Source: Ranitomeya imitator (taxonomy: Eukaryota). Taken from it: a stretch of 64,000 bases of DNA. Where the stretch lies: the NCBI RefSeq assembly GCF_032444005.1, contig NC_091286.1, forward strand, positions 586,520,001 to 586,584,000. The letters are read 5' to 3'. Under the pieces are notes generated by a model, which was not told the origin of the DNA, did no database searches, and saw nothing but the letters and a program-made list of their open reading frames with translations. Numbering within the stretch: the first letter of the stretch is position 1; every line of letters starts with the position of its first letter. Position numbers and translations under genes: made by a program. Below, in pieces: positions 48,498 to 61,403 of the stretch.

Positions 48498-50384
48498 TAG
48501 TGTTGAGCGATACCGTCCGATACTTGAAAGCATCGGTATCGGATAGTATCGGCCGATACCCGAAAAATATTGGATATCGCCGATATCCGATACCAATACA
48601 AGTCAATGGGACATCAAGTATCGGAAGGTATTCTCATGGTTCCCAGGGTCTGAAGGAGAGGAAACTCTCCTTCAGGCCCTGGGATCCATAGGGATGTGGA
48701 AAATAAAGAATTAAAATAAAAAATATTGATATGTTTACCTCTCCGGCGGCCCCTGAACTCAGCGCGGGTAACCGGCAGGCTTCTTTGTTCAAAATCAGCG
48801 CTTTTAGGACCTGAGAATCACGTCCCGGCTTCTGATTGGTCGCGGGCCGCCCATGTGACCGCCACGCGACCAATCACAAGCCGCGACGTCACCGCAAGCT
48901 ATTAACGCGCTCATTTTTAAAAATGAGCGCGTTAATAGCTTGCGGTGACGTCGCGGCTTGTGATTGGTCGCGGCCACGCGACCAATCACAAGCCGCTACG
49001 TCTTTGAAAGCCATTAACGCGCTCATTTTTAAAAATGAGCGCGTTAATAGCTTGCGGTGACGTCGCGGCTTGTGATTGGTCGCGGCCACGCGACCAATCA
49101 CAAGCCGCTACGTCTTTGAAAGCCATTAACGCGCTCATTTTTAAAAATGAGCGCGTTAATAGCTTGCGGTGACGTCGCGGCTTGTGATTGGTCGCGGCCA
49201 CGCGACCAATCACAAGCCGCTACGTCTTTGAAAGCCATTAACGCGCTCATTTTTAAAAATGAGCGCGTTAATAGCTTGCGGTGACGTCGCGGCTTGTGAT
49301 TGGTCGCGGCCACGCGACCAATCACAAGCCGCTACGTCTTTGAAAGCCATTAACGCGCTCATTTTTAAAAATGAGCGCGTTAATAGCTTGCGGTGACGTC
49401 ACGGCTTGTGATTGGTCGCGTGGCCGCGACCAATCACAAGCCGCTACGTCTTTGAAAGTCATTAACGCGCTCATTTTTAAAAATGAGCGCGTTAATAGCT
49501 TGCGGTGACGTCGCGGCTTGTGATTGGTCGCGGCCACGCGACCAATCACAAGCCGCTACGTCTTTGAAAGCCATTAACGCGCTCATTTTTAAAAATGAGC
49601 GCGTTAATAGCTTGCGGTGACGTCGCGGCTTGTGATTGGTCGCGTGGCCGCGACCAATCACAAGCCGCTACGTCTTTGAAAGTCATTAACGCGCTCATTT
49701 TTAAAAATGAGCGCGTTAATAGCTTGCGGTGACGTCGCGGCTTGTGATTGGTCGCGGCCACGCGACCAATCACAAGCCGCTACGTCTTTGAAAGCCATTA
49801 ACGCGCTCATTTTTAAAAATGAGCACGTTAATAGCTTGCGGTGACGTCGCGGCTTGTGATTGGTCGCGGCCACGCGACCAATCACAAGCCGCTACGTCTT
49901 TGAAAGCCATTAACGCGCTCATTTTTAAAAATGAGCGCGTTAATAGCTTGTGGTGACGTCGCGGCTTGTGATTGGTCGCGTGGCCGCGACCAATCACAAG
50001 CCGCTACGTCTTTGAAAGTCATTAACGCGCTCATTTTTCAAAAATGAGTGCGCTAATAGCTTGCGGTGACGTCGCGGCTTGTGATTGGTCGCGTGGCGGT
50101 CACATGGGCGGCCCGCGACCAATCAGAAGCCGGGACGTGATTCTCAGGTCCTAAAAGCGCTGATTTTGAACAACGAAGCCTGCCGGTTACCCGCGCTGAG
50201 TCCAGGGGCCGCCGGAGAGGTAAATATATCAATATTTTTTATTTTAATTCTTTATTTTACACATCTCTATGTATCCGATACCGATACCCGATACCACAAA
50301 AGTATCGGATCTCGGTATCGGAATTCCGATACCGCAAGTATCGGCCGATACCCGATACTTGCGGTATCGGAATGCTCAACACTA
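48498..50384. mobile_element. Non-autonomous hAT-type fold-back element
   Basis: Exact 8-bp TSD ctcaggag (48490-48497 / 50385-50392); TIR tagtgttgagc; long inverted inner arms (~48690-48870 vs ~50090-50260). Confidence 0.92.
48868..50095. repeat. 112-bp tandem array of palindromic modules (11 centres)
   Basis: Each unit has the 34-bp palindrome ttaacgcgctcattttt|aaaaatgagcgcgttaa and a 20-bp-stem hairpin gcggcttgtgattggtcgcg-NNNN-cgcgaccaatcacaagccgc; exact 112-nt period. Confidence 0.97.
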
Positions 50385-51270
50385 CTCAGGAGTTCTACAT
50401 ACAACTGTTTCTTTACAGAAATGGATTGTGAGCAAGATATAAAGATGTCCACAGCAGGTATGGACTGGGGCTGAAATTCAGCCCTGGCATTTGAAATCAC
50501 ACAGGCCCATGCTGTTCCCGTCCCAAGCACCTAATGGGATATATTACCCTGGATGGAGGAAAGCAAGATTTACTAAAAGACCAATGTTTCTAATGATACC
50601 TGTGGGCTACTGGATGATGGAGTCAGTGACTTTGTGTCCTGACACAACTCTTAACAGTATGGGTGCCTTGAGAACACTGATTCTGTTAACAACGTAGCAG
50701 ACAAGGCAGCCCATGACCAGACAGGTCCTTCTAGCATTTGCCAGAATTGCCAGATGGCCAGTCCGGCCCTGAAGTCCAGGGGGCACCAGTTCTGTGGGCA
50801 AAAATGCTTTGCTATTTGGAGTATCTGGAGGAGAATTGATTAAAGTTTGGCTATATTCATTTTTTTGTAATATTTAGCCCATGGGGTGAAGGTCTAAATA
50901 TTCAGCATCCAACCACTGAGACTAGTATGAAGTGTATATGGACATGTATAATATTAGATTACTGAAGATAATAAATTCACAAAGCAAAATTCCTAAATGT
51001 TATTAAGTTTCTCCTAATTTTGTATCATACAGCATTTAAAATTCAAAATATGTAAGAAATCTTTGTGTTCTGGAAGATCAGCCATGCGCTTTCCCTCTCT
51101 CACTATGCTTTTTTCTGGCAGTAAGGCAACTGTCTGCAGCAGGACACTCTCACCCCTCTGACTTGTCTCCCTGATTTCTAAGGCTCTGTTTGGAGAACTT
51201 AAATCTTTGTATGGCATTTATTTAGCATGCCAATGGCAAATGGTAGCAAATTAAATTTAGTTTTACTTAC

Positions 51271-51459
51271 CGAAAATTAAACTTACTACTACTGCTGTCT
51301 GTAAGTCCTGCTCCCCACGTAGAGTCTAGAAGATGCCATTTCTTGTTTAGATAAACCGCATTCCAGGCATGGTTTGTTTCGTCCGAGAACGTCTGGCCTA
51401 ACTCATAGCAGTGGCCTTTAGAATAGCCACCAATTTTTAGGCACTTTATGGCAGCAAGT
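51271..51459 (-). CDS. KY: KY exon with catalytic His and Asp (GYSKG...NHAWNAV...LDSTWGAG)
   Basis: ctccag|A acceptor and CG|gtaagt donor; 189 nt, phase 2-2. Confidence 0.95.
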
Positions 51460-51801
51460 CTGGAGGTTGGATGAAAATATAGGTAAGTGTGTTCATCATT
51501 GTTTTTTTATTCATTTATTTTTTTTTGCGAGAATAATTGAGTTTTACCATTCTGATAAGAGTACATTCATGTGTGCTCGAGGCAGCATGTTCAACCGAAA
51601 GATGGTCCACAAGCAGCAAGCAGTTTATGAAATCGTTGGACATTGATCGCCTGGATACTAGGGATTGTTTCATTTAATTACTATACAAGCGCCTGCTTTT
51701 TTAAGTAAAGGTCACATCTCCTAGTCTATGCCACCAAACTTACCGCGCCATAGCTCTCTGATATTTAATACATGGCATAAGTAAACTTCATTGTCTCCTA
51801 C

Positions 51802-51919
51802 CTGCACATGGTCTCAAAGAGACTTGCATATCCCTCACAGGCTCCTTTTCCTGTAAGCAGTATCTGGTTGGGGTCACCGCACCACTTTGTCTTATCCTCC
51901 AGAGCTTCCAAGTCATATT
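51802..51919 (-). CDS. KY: KY exon with catalytic Cys (EYDL...GKGACEGYASLFETMCR)
   Basis: tacgcag|AA acceptor and AG|gtagga donor; 118 nt, phase 1-2. Confidence 0.95.
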
Positions 51920-51962
51920 CTGCGTAAGATGGGAAATGCATTTAGCTCCGAACATACATGAG

Positions 51963-52420
51963 TAATAATAATAATAATAATAATCTTTATATAGCGCCAA
52001 CATATTCCGCAGTGCTTTACAGTTTAACAGTTTCAAACACAAAAGTCATAAGTAACAACGTTAGCAATACAATAATTAAAGCAAAATAAGACGACCCTGC
52101 TTGTGAGAGCTTACAATCTACAATGAGGTGGGGGAGATGCAAAATACAGGTGTGTATTTACAATGATGTATTTACAATGATGGTCTAGCCATCTTCAGGG
52201 GGTGGGGGATAGATGGGGATAGTGAATGGGCTACACACACACACAAACATAAAATGACTTTGATTAGTGAACGTGATAGGCCGCTCTGAACAAATGTGTT
52301 TTGAGCGAGCGCCTAAAACTATGCAAATTATGGATGGTCCTAATATCTTGGGGTAGAGTATTCCAGAGGATTGGCGCAGCACGGGAGAAGTCTTGGAGTC
52401 GGGAGTGGGAGGTACGGATT
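51963..52420 (-). mobile_element. L2 LINE 3' fragment
   Basis: Minus-strand ...QDFSRAAPILWNTLP...FRRSLKTHLFRAAY* (L2 ORF2 C-terminus), 3' UTR and (ATT)n tail. Confidence 0.85.
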
Positions 52421-53118
52421 TGAAAGCTTGTAGAGAAAACGTTGGGAGCTTTACCTGATGCATACTGTAACATTGACATAGACTGTAATTCAACAAAAAG
52501 TACGGGCATACCGATTGTTTATCTGTATAAGAAAGTGCAGCAGACAGGTTTCCTATATATAGGGAAACTGCAAAGAAACGTATATCATGAGATGTATGTT
52601 TCTTTACAATGGGTGCCTATTAAGAGTTGGTGCAAATCTATTCGCGTGACTAGGCCCATTGACCAGAACATGTAATATTCATGGCACTCTTACAGTAAAG
52701 GAATGTGGTGCCCAAGTAGGGTATTCTGCCCGTAGCAAGTATAGTTGAAGAAACTTGGCACTCACAAAGAAATAAATTATGAAGAAAGGTTCCATTTATT
52801 AAGCATCCAAAAAATATTGTTGTTAAACGTTTTCGGTCATGGTGTGGACATTCATCAGAACTGGTGCAGCCGCTGAAATTGTATATCCCAGTGTAGTTGT
52901 CCTGTCATCTAGAGGTACTTAAACAAGGACTCAGGCTGCCTGCATGCCACGTGAGAGGAGGAACCCGATGTAGGCTGGCGCATAGGAAGTCGCCGATCTA
53001 CGTCGCAGGGGAAGGCGATGTTCCATTTAGTGCACTGGTATAGGATATGTGTCTGTCACACTAGATTGGACCTTTACTATGTGACATATGTTCAAATAGC
53101 CCACCAGCACTGACTTAA

Positions 53119-53446
53119 AGGGACTCTGTCACCTGAATTTGGCGGGACTGGTTTTGGGTCATATGGGCGGAGTTTTGGGGTGTTTGATTCACCCTTTCCT
53201 TACCCGCTGGCTGCATGCTGGCTGCAATATTGGATTGAAGTTCATTCTTTGTCCTCCATAGTACATGCCTGCGCAAAGCAATCTTGCCTTGTGCAGGCAT
53301 GTACTACAGAGGACAGAGAATGAACTTCAATCCAATATTGCAGCCAGCATGCAGCCAGCGGGTAAGGAAAGGGTGAATCAAACACCCCAAAACTCCGCCC
53401 ATATGACCCAAAACCAGTCCCGCCAAATTCAGGTGACAGGTTCCCT
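53119..53446. mobile_element. T2/Kolobok-type MITE forming a near-perfect 328-bp hairpin
   Basis: TTAA TSD (53115-53118 / 53447-53450); ~155-bp arms with few mismatches. Confidence 0.92.
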
Positions 53447-53733
53447 TTAAAGAGTATCTGTCATTTCTCCTGATATTTCTGTATTAGTACAAAACTTGTA
53501 TTTTTGTATTTTCCATGAAATAACAATTCTGGAGCATCTTCCCATAACATGGTGCCATTCCCCTTGTTATCCCTTGTAGAAAATGATGAATAAATTGACA
53601 GTTGGGCATTTCCATTGCTCTGGTCTAAAGGGTGTGTCCACACACTTTTCGATACTGTCAGCACTGATTGGACAGTGTAACCATGGGCGGACATACCGCC
53701 GCTTCAACCGATGCAACGGGTGGCCCCTGTTGG

Positions 53734-55985
53734 CAGGGCCGGCATTAGGGGCAGGCAGCTGCCTAGGGCCCCTGCTCCCCCAGAGCCCCAAGCTAGCGGC
53801 ACATCACGCAGCCACTATGGGGCCCCTGTAAGGCCCTGCCCGCCTGCCGCTAGCGCCGACTCCCTCGCCGCATTGAACTATACCGGTGTAAGCCGATACA
53901 GTTCAAAGCAATGATGGAGGAGAGAATGTCAGCTGACGCTCCCTCTCCCATCATTCCCCGCTCTGCCTCGCACACTGCTTGCCAGGCAGTGCAGCAGCTG
54001 AGAGAGGAGCAGGGAGCAGCGCAGGCACGAGGAGAGGTGTGGAGTGTTTTTTTTTCTATAACAGTGAGTACTGGACTGTGGGGCCATTTTCGAGGGGGAG
54101 ATGCAGGCTGTGCTACGTACTACGTGGCTGTGCTATATACTACATGGCTGTGCTATATGCTATGTGGCTGTGCTATATACTACATAGGCTGTGTTATATA
54201 CCATGTGGCTGTTATATACTATGTGGCTGTGTTATATACTACGTGGGATGTGTTATATACTATGTGGGATGTGTTATATACTACGTGGGCTGTGTTATAT
54301 ACTATGGCTGTGTTATATACTACGTCGTTTTGCTATATACTATGTGGCTGTGCTATATACTATGCGGGCTGTGCTATATACTACGTGGGCTGTGTTATAT
54401 ACTACGTGGCTGTGTTATATACTAAGTGGCTGTGTTATATACTACGTTGCTGTATTATATACTATGTGGCTGTGTTATATACTACGTGGGTCTGTGTTAT
54501 ATACTACGTGGTTGTGTTATATACTACGTGGGCTGTGTTATATAATTCGTGGCTGTGTTATATACTACACGGGCTGTGTTATATACTGTGCGGGCTGTGC
54601 TATATACTACGCGGGCTGTGCTATATAATATGCGGGCTGTGTTATATACTATGCGGGCTGTGTTATATACTATTGGGGATATATTATATACTATTGGGGG
54701 GTATATTATATCCTATGAGGGATGATGTGTTATATTCTATGGGGCAGGCTGTGTTATATACTATGGGGGCTGCATTATATTCTATGGGGGCTACATTATA
54801 TACTATGTGGAGGTGGGCTACATTATTTTGTATGGGGGCTGTATTAGATTTTATGAGGGAGGATTGCATCATACTCTTTGATGGGGCTACATTATATTCT
54901 ATGGGGAGGTTGGCTGTAATATATTCTATTCGGGGCTACAATATATAATATGGGGGGCTGTATTATATTTATATTCTATGATGGGTGATTGCATCATACT
55001 CTATGAGGGGGCTATGTTATACTATATGAGGGGGGCTGCATTATATTTCATGGGGGTTACATTATACTCTGTGGGGTGGTCGCATTATGCTCTATGGGGT
55101 GGCTGCATTATACTATACTGTATGTGGGCTGCATTATACTATATGTGGGCTGCATTATACTGTATCAAGGACTTTGGGGAATACATTATACTATATGAAC
55201 AACTATGTGGTGCATTACACTACGGGAAGTGAATTGTACTACATTGATGACTATAGCGGTGCATTGTACTATATGGAGCACTATGAGGAGTGTATTATAG
55301 TATGTGGAGGGCTGAGCAGTGTAGTTTAATATATAGAGGACTATGAGGAGTGTATTATACTATATGGAGGACTGAGGAGTGTATTATACTATATGGAGGA
55401 GTGAGCAGTGTATTTTAATATATGGAGGGCTATGAGGATTGTATTATACTATATGGAGGACTGAGGAGTGTATTATACTATATGGAGGACTATGGTGCAT
55501 ATTATATTATAATGAGGACTCTGGGGTGTGCATTTTACAATATGGAGGACTGTGGTGCATGGTGCACATTATAATATGTGGAGGACTATGGGGTGTATTA
55601 TACTAAACAAGCAAAATGCTGCCTATTCATCGAGCGATTGGATTGAAAATGCCAGAACAAAAATCATTGTTCTCAGTAGATGTTCTCAGTAGGACATCGC
55701 CGGTGTAAACTGTAGATGTGCTGCTGATAACATGATGATGTATGGTGATCTGTTAGTGATCTATTAGTGATCATTCTGTCCCCACCATTCTTTCTCAGTT
55801 GGTGTAAAGAGGCTGGTAAACAAGCGTTGAATGACTTCAGTATTGTCGATCACACTCATTTAGCGGCCTGAACTCAGCGCTTGTAAATACAACCGAAATG
55901 TTTCTGTGAGATGTGCAATATGTTAGCATTTGGGGCCCCATTTTAAACTTTGCCTAAGGCCTCACTTTGCCTAAAACCAGCCCTG
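53734..55985. mobile_element. Probable second hAT-type element nested in the 53682-56865 element
   Basis: Termini cagggccggcattag / ctaaaaccagccctg; flanks cctgttgg vs ccagcagg match only 5/8. Confidence 0.5.
54110..55600. repeat. 20-22-bp minisatellite grading into related ~27-bp units
   Basis: gtgggctgtgttatatactac units changing to tatgggg...cattatat and tatggaggactgaggagtgtattatac. Confidence 0.9.
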
Positions 55986-56747
55986 CCAGCAGGGCTGCTA
56001 TTATTGACGGCAATCTGGCCAGTTTATCCGGCCCCGAAGCTTCGGTGGGCCCCTGGCCAGATTGCCCTCATGTGCGGCGGGCAGGGAGCAATCCCTGCAG
56101 CTCCGCTGCCTGCAGGAGAACATGGCAGTGGAGCAGAGCTGCAGGGAATGGGTCCATCCTGCTTCCTGCCTGCGCTTCCTGTCTCACACAGCAGTGGCTA
56201 AATTACATCATCATTCAGCACTGCTGCTGTGCGAGACAGGAAGCTGCCCGCGATGGTGCGGCTTCAGGATACCGTGCGCAGAGGTGAGGTGAGTGTATGT
56301 GTATGCAGAGAGTTGAATGGTGCTGTGTGTGTGTGTGTGTGTGTGTAGGAGGAGGAGAGGGCAATGCCCATCATTGATGATGGGGCAGAAGGCAATGATT
56401 GGGTTGACAGAGGGCAATGATGAGGCTGCTGGGGCGGAAGGCAATGATTGGGTTGACGGAGAGGCCAATCATAGGTGTTGTGGGGAGGAGGAAATGATGG
56501 AGGTGGTGAATGGGCAATAATAGGGTGGTGGGAAGAAAGCAATAATGGATGTGGTGAAGAGGGCAATCATGGGAGTGGGGGAGAGGGCAATAATGGGATG
56601 GGGGTGTGGGGGAATAGGATGAGAGGAAAGGGTATTTATAATGGATTTAGGAATGAGGAGGTGGAGTAAGACGTTATTATTGATTGATATGTCTCAAACA
56701 GTCCCTTAGTATATAGTGTACTCACTTATGTATAGCACAGTCCCTTA

Positions 56748-56758
56748 GTGTGTGTGTG

Positions 56759-56789
<31 letters not shown>
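56748..56789. repeat. Compound microsatellite (GT)(CT)(AT)
   Basis: Directly visible. Confidence 0.85.
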
Positions 56790-57103
56790 CTTTGTTGCCT
56801 TAAAAGGAGGGGGGCCCAGACACATTTCCTGCACAGGGGCCCCAAGGTGTCTGTGTCCGCCCCTGAGTGTAACGACACCCTCCCAACCTGTAACCCCCAG
56901 GTGCCAATTTATTCATTCATTTCTAGGAAGTACAACAAAGAATCGGCACAGGGCACAGTAATAAAAACAAAACAAAAAGTACACAAACGTTATTGTATTC
57001 TATGGAATATAAAGTATTACTGAAACAGACCTGTCCGGCCAGAAAGTGAGTGCGATGTGGCAGTGTATAGGTAAGGAGAAGGGAGAGAAACTGCAGGAGC
57101 CGT

Positions 57104-57365
57104 GGGGCAGCACGGTGGCTCAGCGGTGACTCAACGGTGGCTTCCAGCATTGGAGTCCTGGGTTCAAATCCTACCAAGGACAACATCTGCAAGGAGTTTG
57201 TATGTTCTCCCCGTGTTTGCGTGGGTTTCCTCCGGGTTCTCCGGTTTCCTCCCACATTCCAAAGATATACTGATAGGGAATTGTGAGCCCCATAGGGGAC
57301 AGTGATGATAATGTGTGCAAACTGTAAAGCGCTGCGGAATAGGTTACCGCTATATAAAAAAAATA
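57104..57365 (+). mobile_element. tRNA-derived V-SINE with L2-like tail
   Basis: A box tggctcagcgg, B box gggttcaaatcc, V-domain gtgggtttcctccggg..ctccggtttcctcccaca, 3' ctgtaaagcgctgcggaata...gctatataaa. Confidence 0.85.
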
Positions 57366-57476
57366 AAGAAGATAAAGAAGGAGCCAAAGCACAAATGTTC
57401 CTTATAATGAATCGTACTATATACCTGCAATGCATTGTACAACATATCGTGCTATGAAACAAAAAAGTCTTCTCAC

Positions 57477-57585
57477 CAATGTGGTGACAAATCCAAATCC
57501 AGATGGCGCGGACTTTCTCCAGGTCAGTTCGTGCCATCTTCACCAGTGATTTCACCAACTCCTCCACTGTATTTGGTTTTGCAAC
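57477..57585 (-). CDS. KY: KY exon (VAKPNTVEELVKSL...DLEKVRAIWIWICHHI)
   Basis: tttgtag|GTT acceptor and G|gtgaga donor; 109 nt, phase 0-1. Confidence 0.95.
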
Positions 57586-57785
57586 CTACAAATACAGACA
57601 CAAAATTAACAGGAACCTGTCATCAGAATCCCTTCTTTAATGATTCCTGTATTAGCCCTAAACCCTAAAGGTGTTTAAAAATCAAGTTTAATTGTCTCTG
57701 CTCACCCTGCCTGCAGGTTTAGTCCGGGATCGTTCAATGCCACCGCACTGGGGGAGCATGTCCAGAGCAATGTAACTAATATCAT

Positions 57786-58869
57786 AGAAAGCAGAGGGTG
57801 GTTATAAATGGTATATTCTCTAACTGGGTCGCTGTGACCAGTGGGGTACCGCAGGGGTCGGTATTGGGACCTGTTCTCTTCAACATATTCATTAATGATC
57901 TGGTAGAAGGTTTACACAGTAAAATATCGATATTTGCAGATTATACAAAACTATGTAAAGCAGTTAATACAAGAGAAGATAGTATTCTGCTACAGATGGA
58001 TCTGGATAAGTTGGAAACTTGGGCTGAAAGGTGGCAGATGAGGTTTAACAATGATAAATGTAAGGTTATACACATGGGAAGAAGGAATCAATATCACCAT
58101 TACACACTGAACGGGAAACCACTGGGTAAATCTGACAGGGAGAAGGACTTGGGGATCCTAGTTAATGATAAACTTACCTGGAGCAGCCAGTGCCAGGCAG
58201 CAGCTGCCAAGGCAGACAGGATCATGGGGTGCATTAAAAGAGGTCTGGATACACATGATGAGAGCATTATACTGCCTCTGTACAAATCCCTAGTTAGACC
58301 GCACATGGAGTACTGTGTCCAGTTTTGGGCACCGGTGCTCAGGAAGGATATAATGGAACTAGAGAGAGTACAAAGGAGGGCAACAAAATTAATAAAGGGG
58401 ATGGGAGAACTACAATACCCAGATAGATTAGCGAAATTAGGATTATTTAGTCTAGAAAAAAGACGACTGAGGGGCGATCTAATAACCATGTATAAGTACC
58501 GTATATAAGGGGACAATACAAATATCTCACTGAGGATCTGTTTATACCAAGGAAGGTGACGGGCACAAGGGGGCATTCTTTGCGTCTGGAAGAGAGAAGG
58601 TTTTTCCACCAACATAGAAGAGGATTCTTTACTGTTAGGGCATTGAGAATCTGGAATTGCTTGCCTGAGGAGGTGGTGATGGCGAACTCAGTCGAAGCGT
58701 TCAAGAGAGGCCTGGATGTCTTCCTAGAGCAGAACAATATTGTATCATGCAATTATTAGGTTCTGTAGAAGGACGTAGATCTGGGGATTTATTATGATGG
58801 AATATAGGCTGAACTGGATAGACAAATGTCTTTTTTCGGCCTTACTAACTATGTTACTATGTTACTATG
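57786..58869 (+). mobile_element. CR1-type LINE 3' fragment
   Basis: SGVPQGSVLGPVLF, FADYTKL (catalytic D mutated), frame break ~58500, (actatgtt)n tail. Confidence 0.92.
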
Positions 58870-59155
58870 AGTGTCCAGAAAGGAGGAGACTGGGGATGAC
58901 TTATTTTCTACTCGCTGCTCTTCCTGCACGCTCCGCAATGTTACTTAGATTGCCCCGTCCAGTGCAGTTGCAGTGATTGACAGCATCCCCAAACTAGTCC
59001 GGGGACTGCAGTCCTGGGGAGCAGGAACCATTAAACTTGCCATTAAACACATTCAGCACTTAGAGCTAAAGCAGGCATAATTTAAGAGTGTATTAGGAGG
59101 CTGATAATGGTCCTAATACCTTCTAGGGGTAAAGCCTGATGACCTGTTACAATTA

Positions 59156-60803
<1,648 letters not shown>

Positions 60804-61403
60804 TAAATAGCTTTCAATCAGACCTGAGTATGCCACACTTAGAATGGATGTTAGAGTCAGCTGTAGCATCAGTGATCAATCAAGACCTGGTGCAATCTTA
60901 TTTATCAATTCAGTAGATAAAATTCAAACATTTAAAAAAAAAAAGCATAAAGATATTTTACAACTAGTCTAGAAGTAACAGTTTTATAAAGTGATGCCTT
61001 TTGTGTAATTCCTTGGAGAGGATTTCCACCCAAACTCAGCCTTATGCTATATTAAATGTGACAGGATGGTTCCAAAGGATGGGTGATAAATGTCCATTTG
61101 CTGGAATACTGATAGATGAGATGAATGTGACTTTTGAGCACCTGTTCATCGAGTGGCATGGTTGGTCATCCATGCAGGCTGCTGCTCCATTCATTGTTTA
61201 TTGAACCAAGTAAGAGAGCTGGAGTACAGCTGTTTTGCTATCTCAGTCAGTACCATAGACAATAAATGAAGCAATGGATAGATAAGTGATAAACAGGGAC
61301 AGACATACTGTTGGTGCAACCTAAATCAGTTGCATAGGGATCCAGGATACGTAGAGACAGGCATCTCTGAAACTCTTAGCCAATTTTGTTATTCCTGGTC
61401 AGC

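Larger units (their letters stand above)
53682..56865. mobile_element. Non-autonomous hAT-type element
   Basis: Exact 8-bp TSD agtgtaac (53674-53681 / 56866-56873); TIRs catgggcggacata / tgtgtccgcccctg. Confidence 0.88.

Noticed and set aside
48868-50095. CRISPR-like array of regularly spaced palindromic repeats
   Set aside because: No unique spacers, no cas genes, eukaryotic intron; it is a tandem repeat within a hAT element. The repeated 75-aa ORFs are artefacts.
53911-55329. 345-aa and other Tyr/Cys/Val-rich ORFs (also 29013-29852)
   Set aside because: Derived from minisatellites inside non-autonomous TEs.
57104-57180. tRNA gene
   Set aside because: A and B boxes are present but belong to a V-SINE head; no complete cloverleaf.
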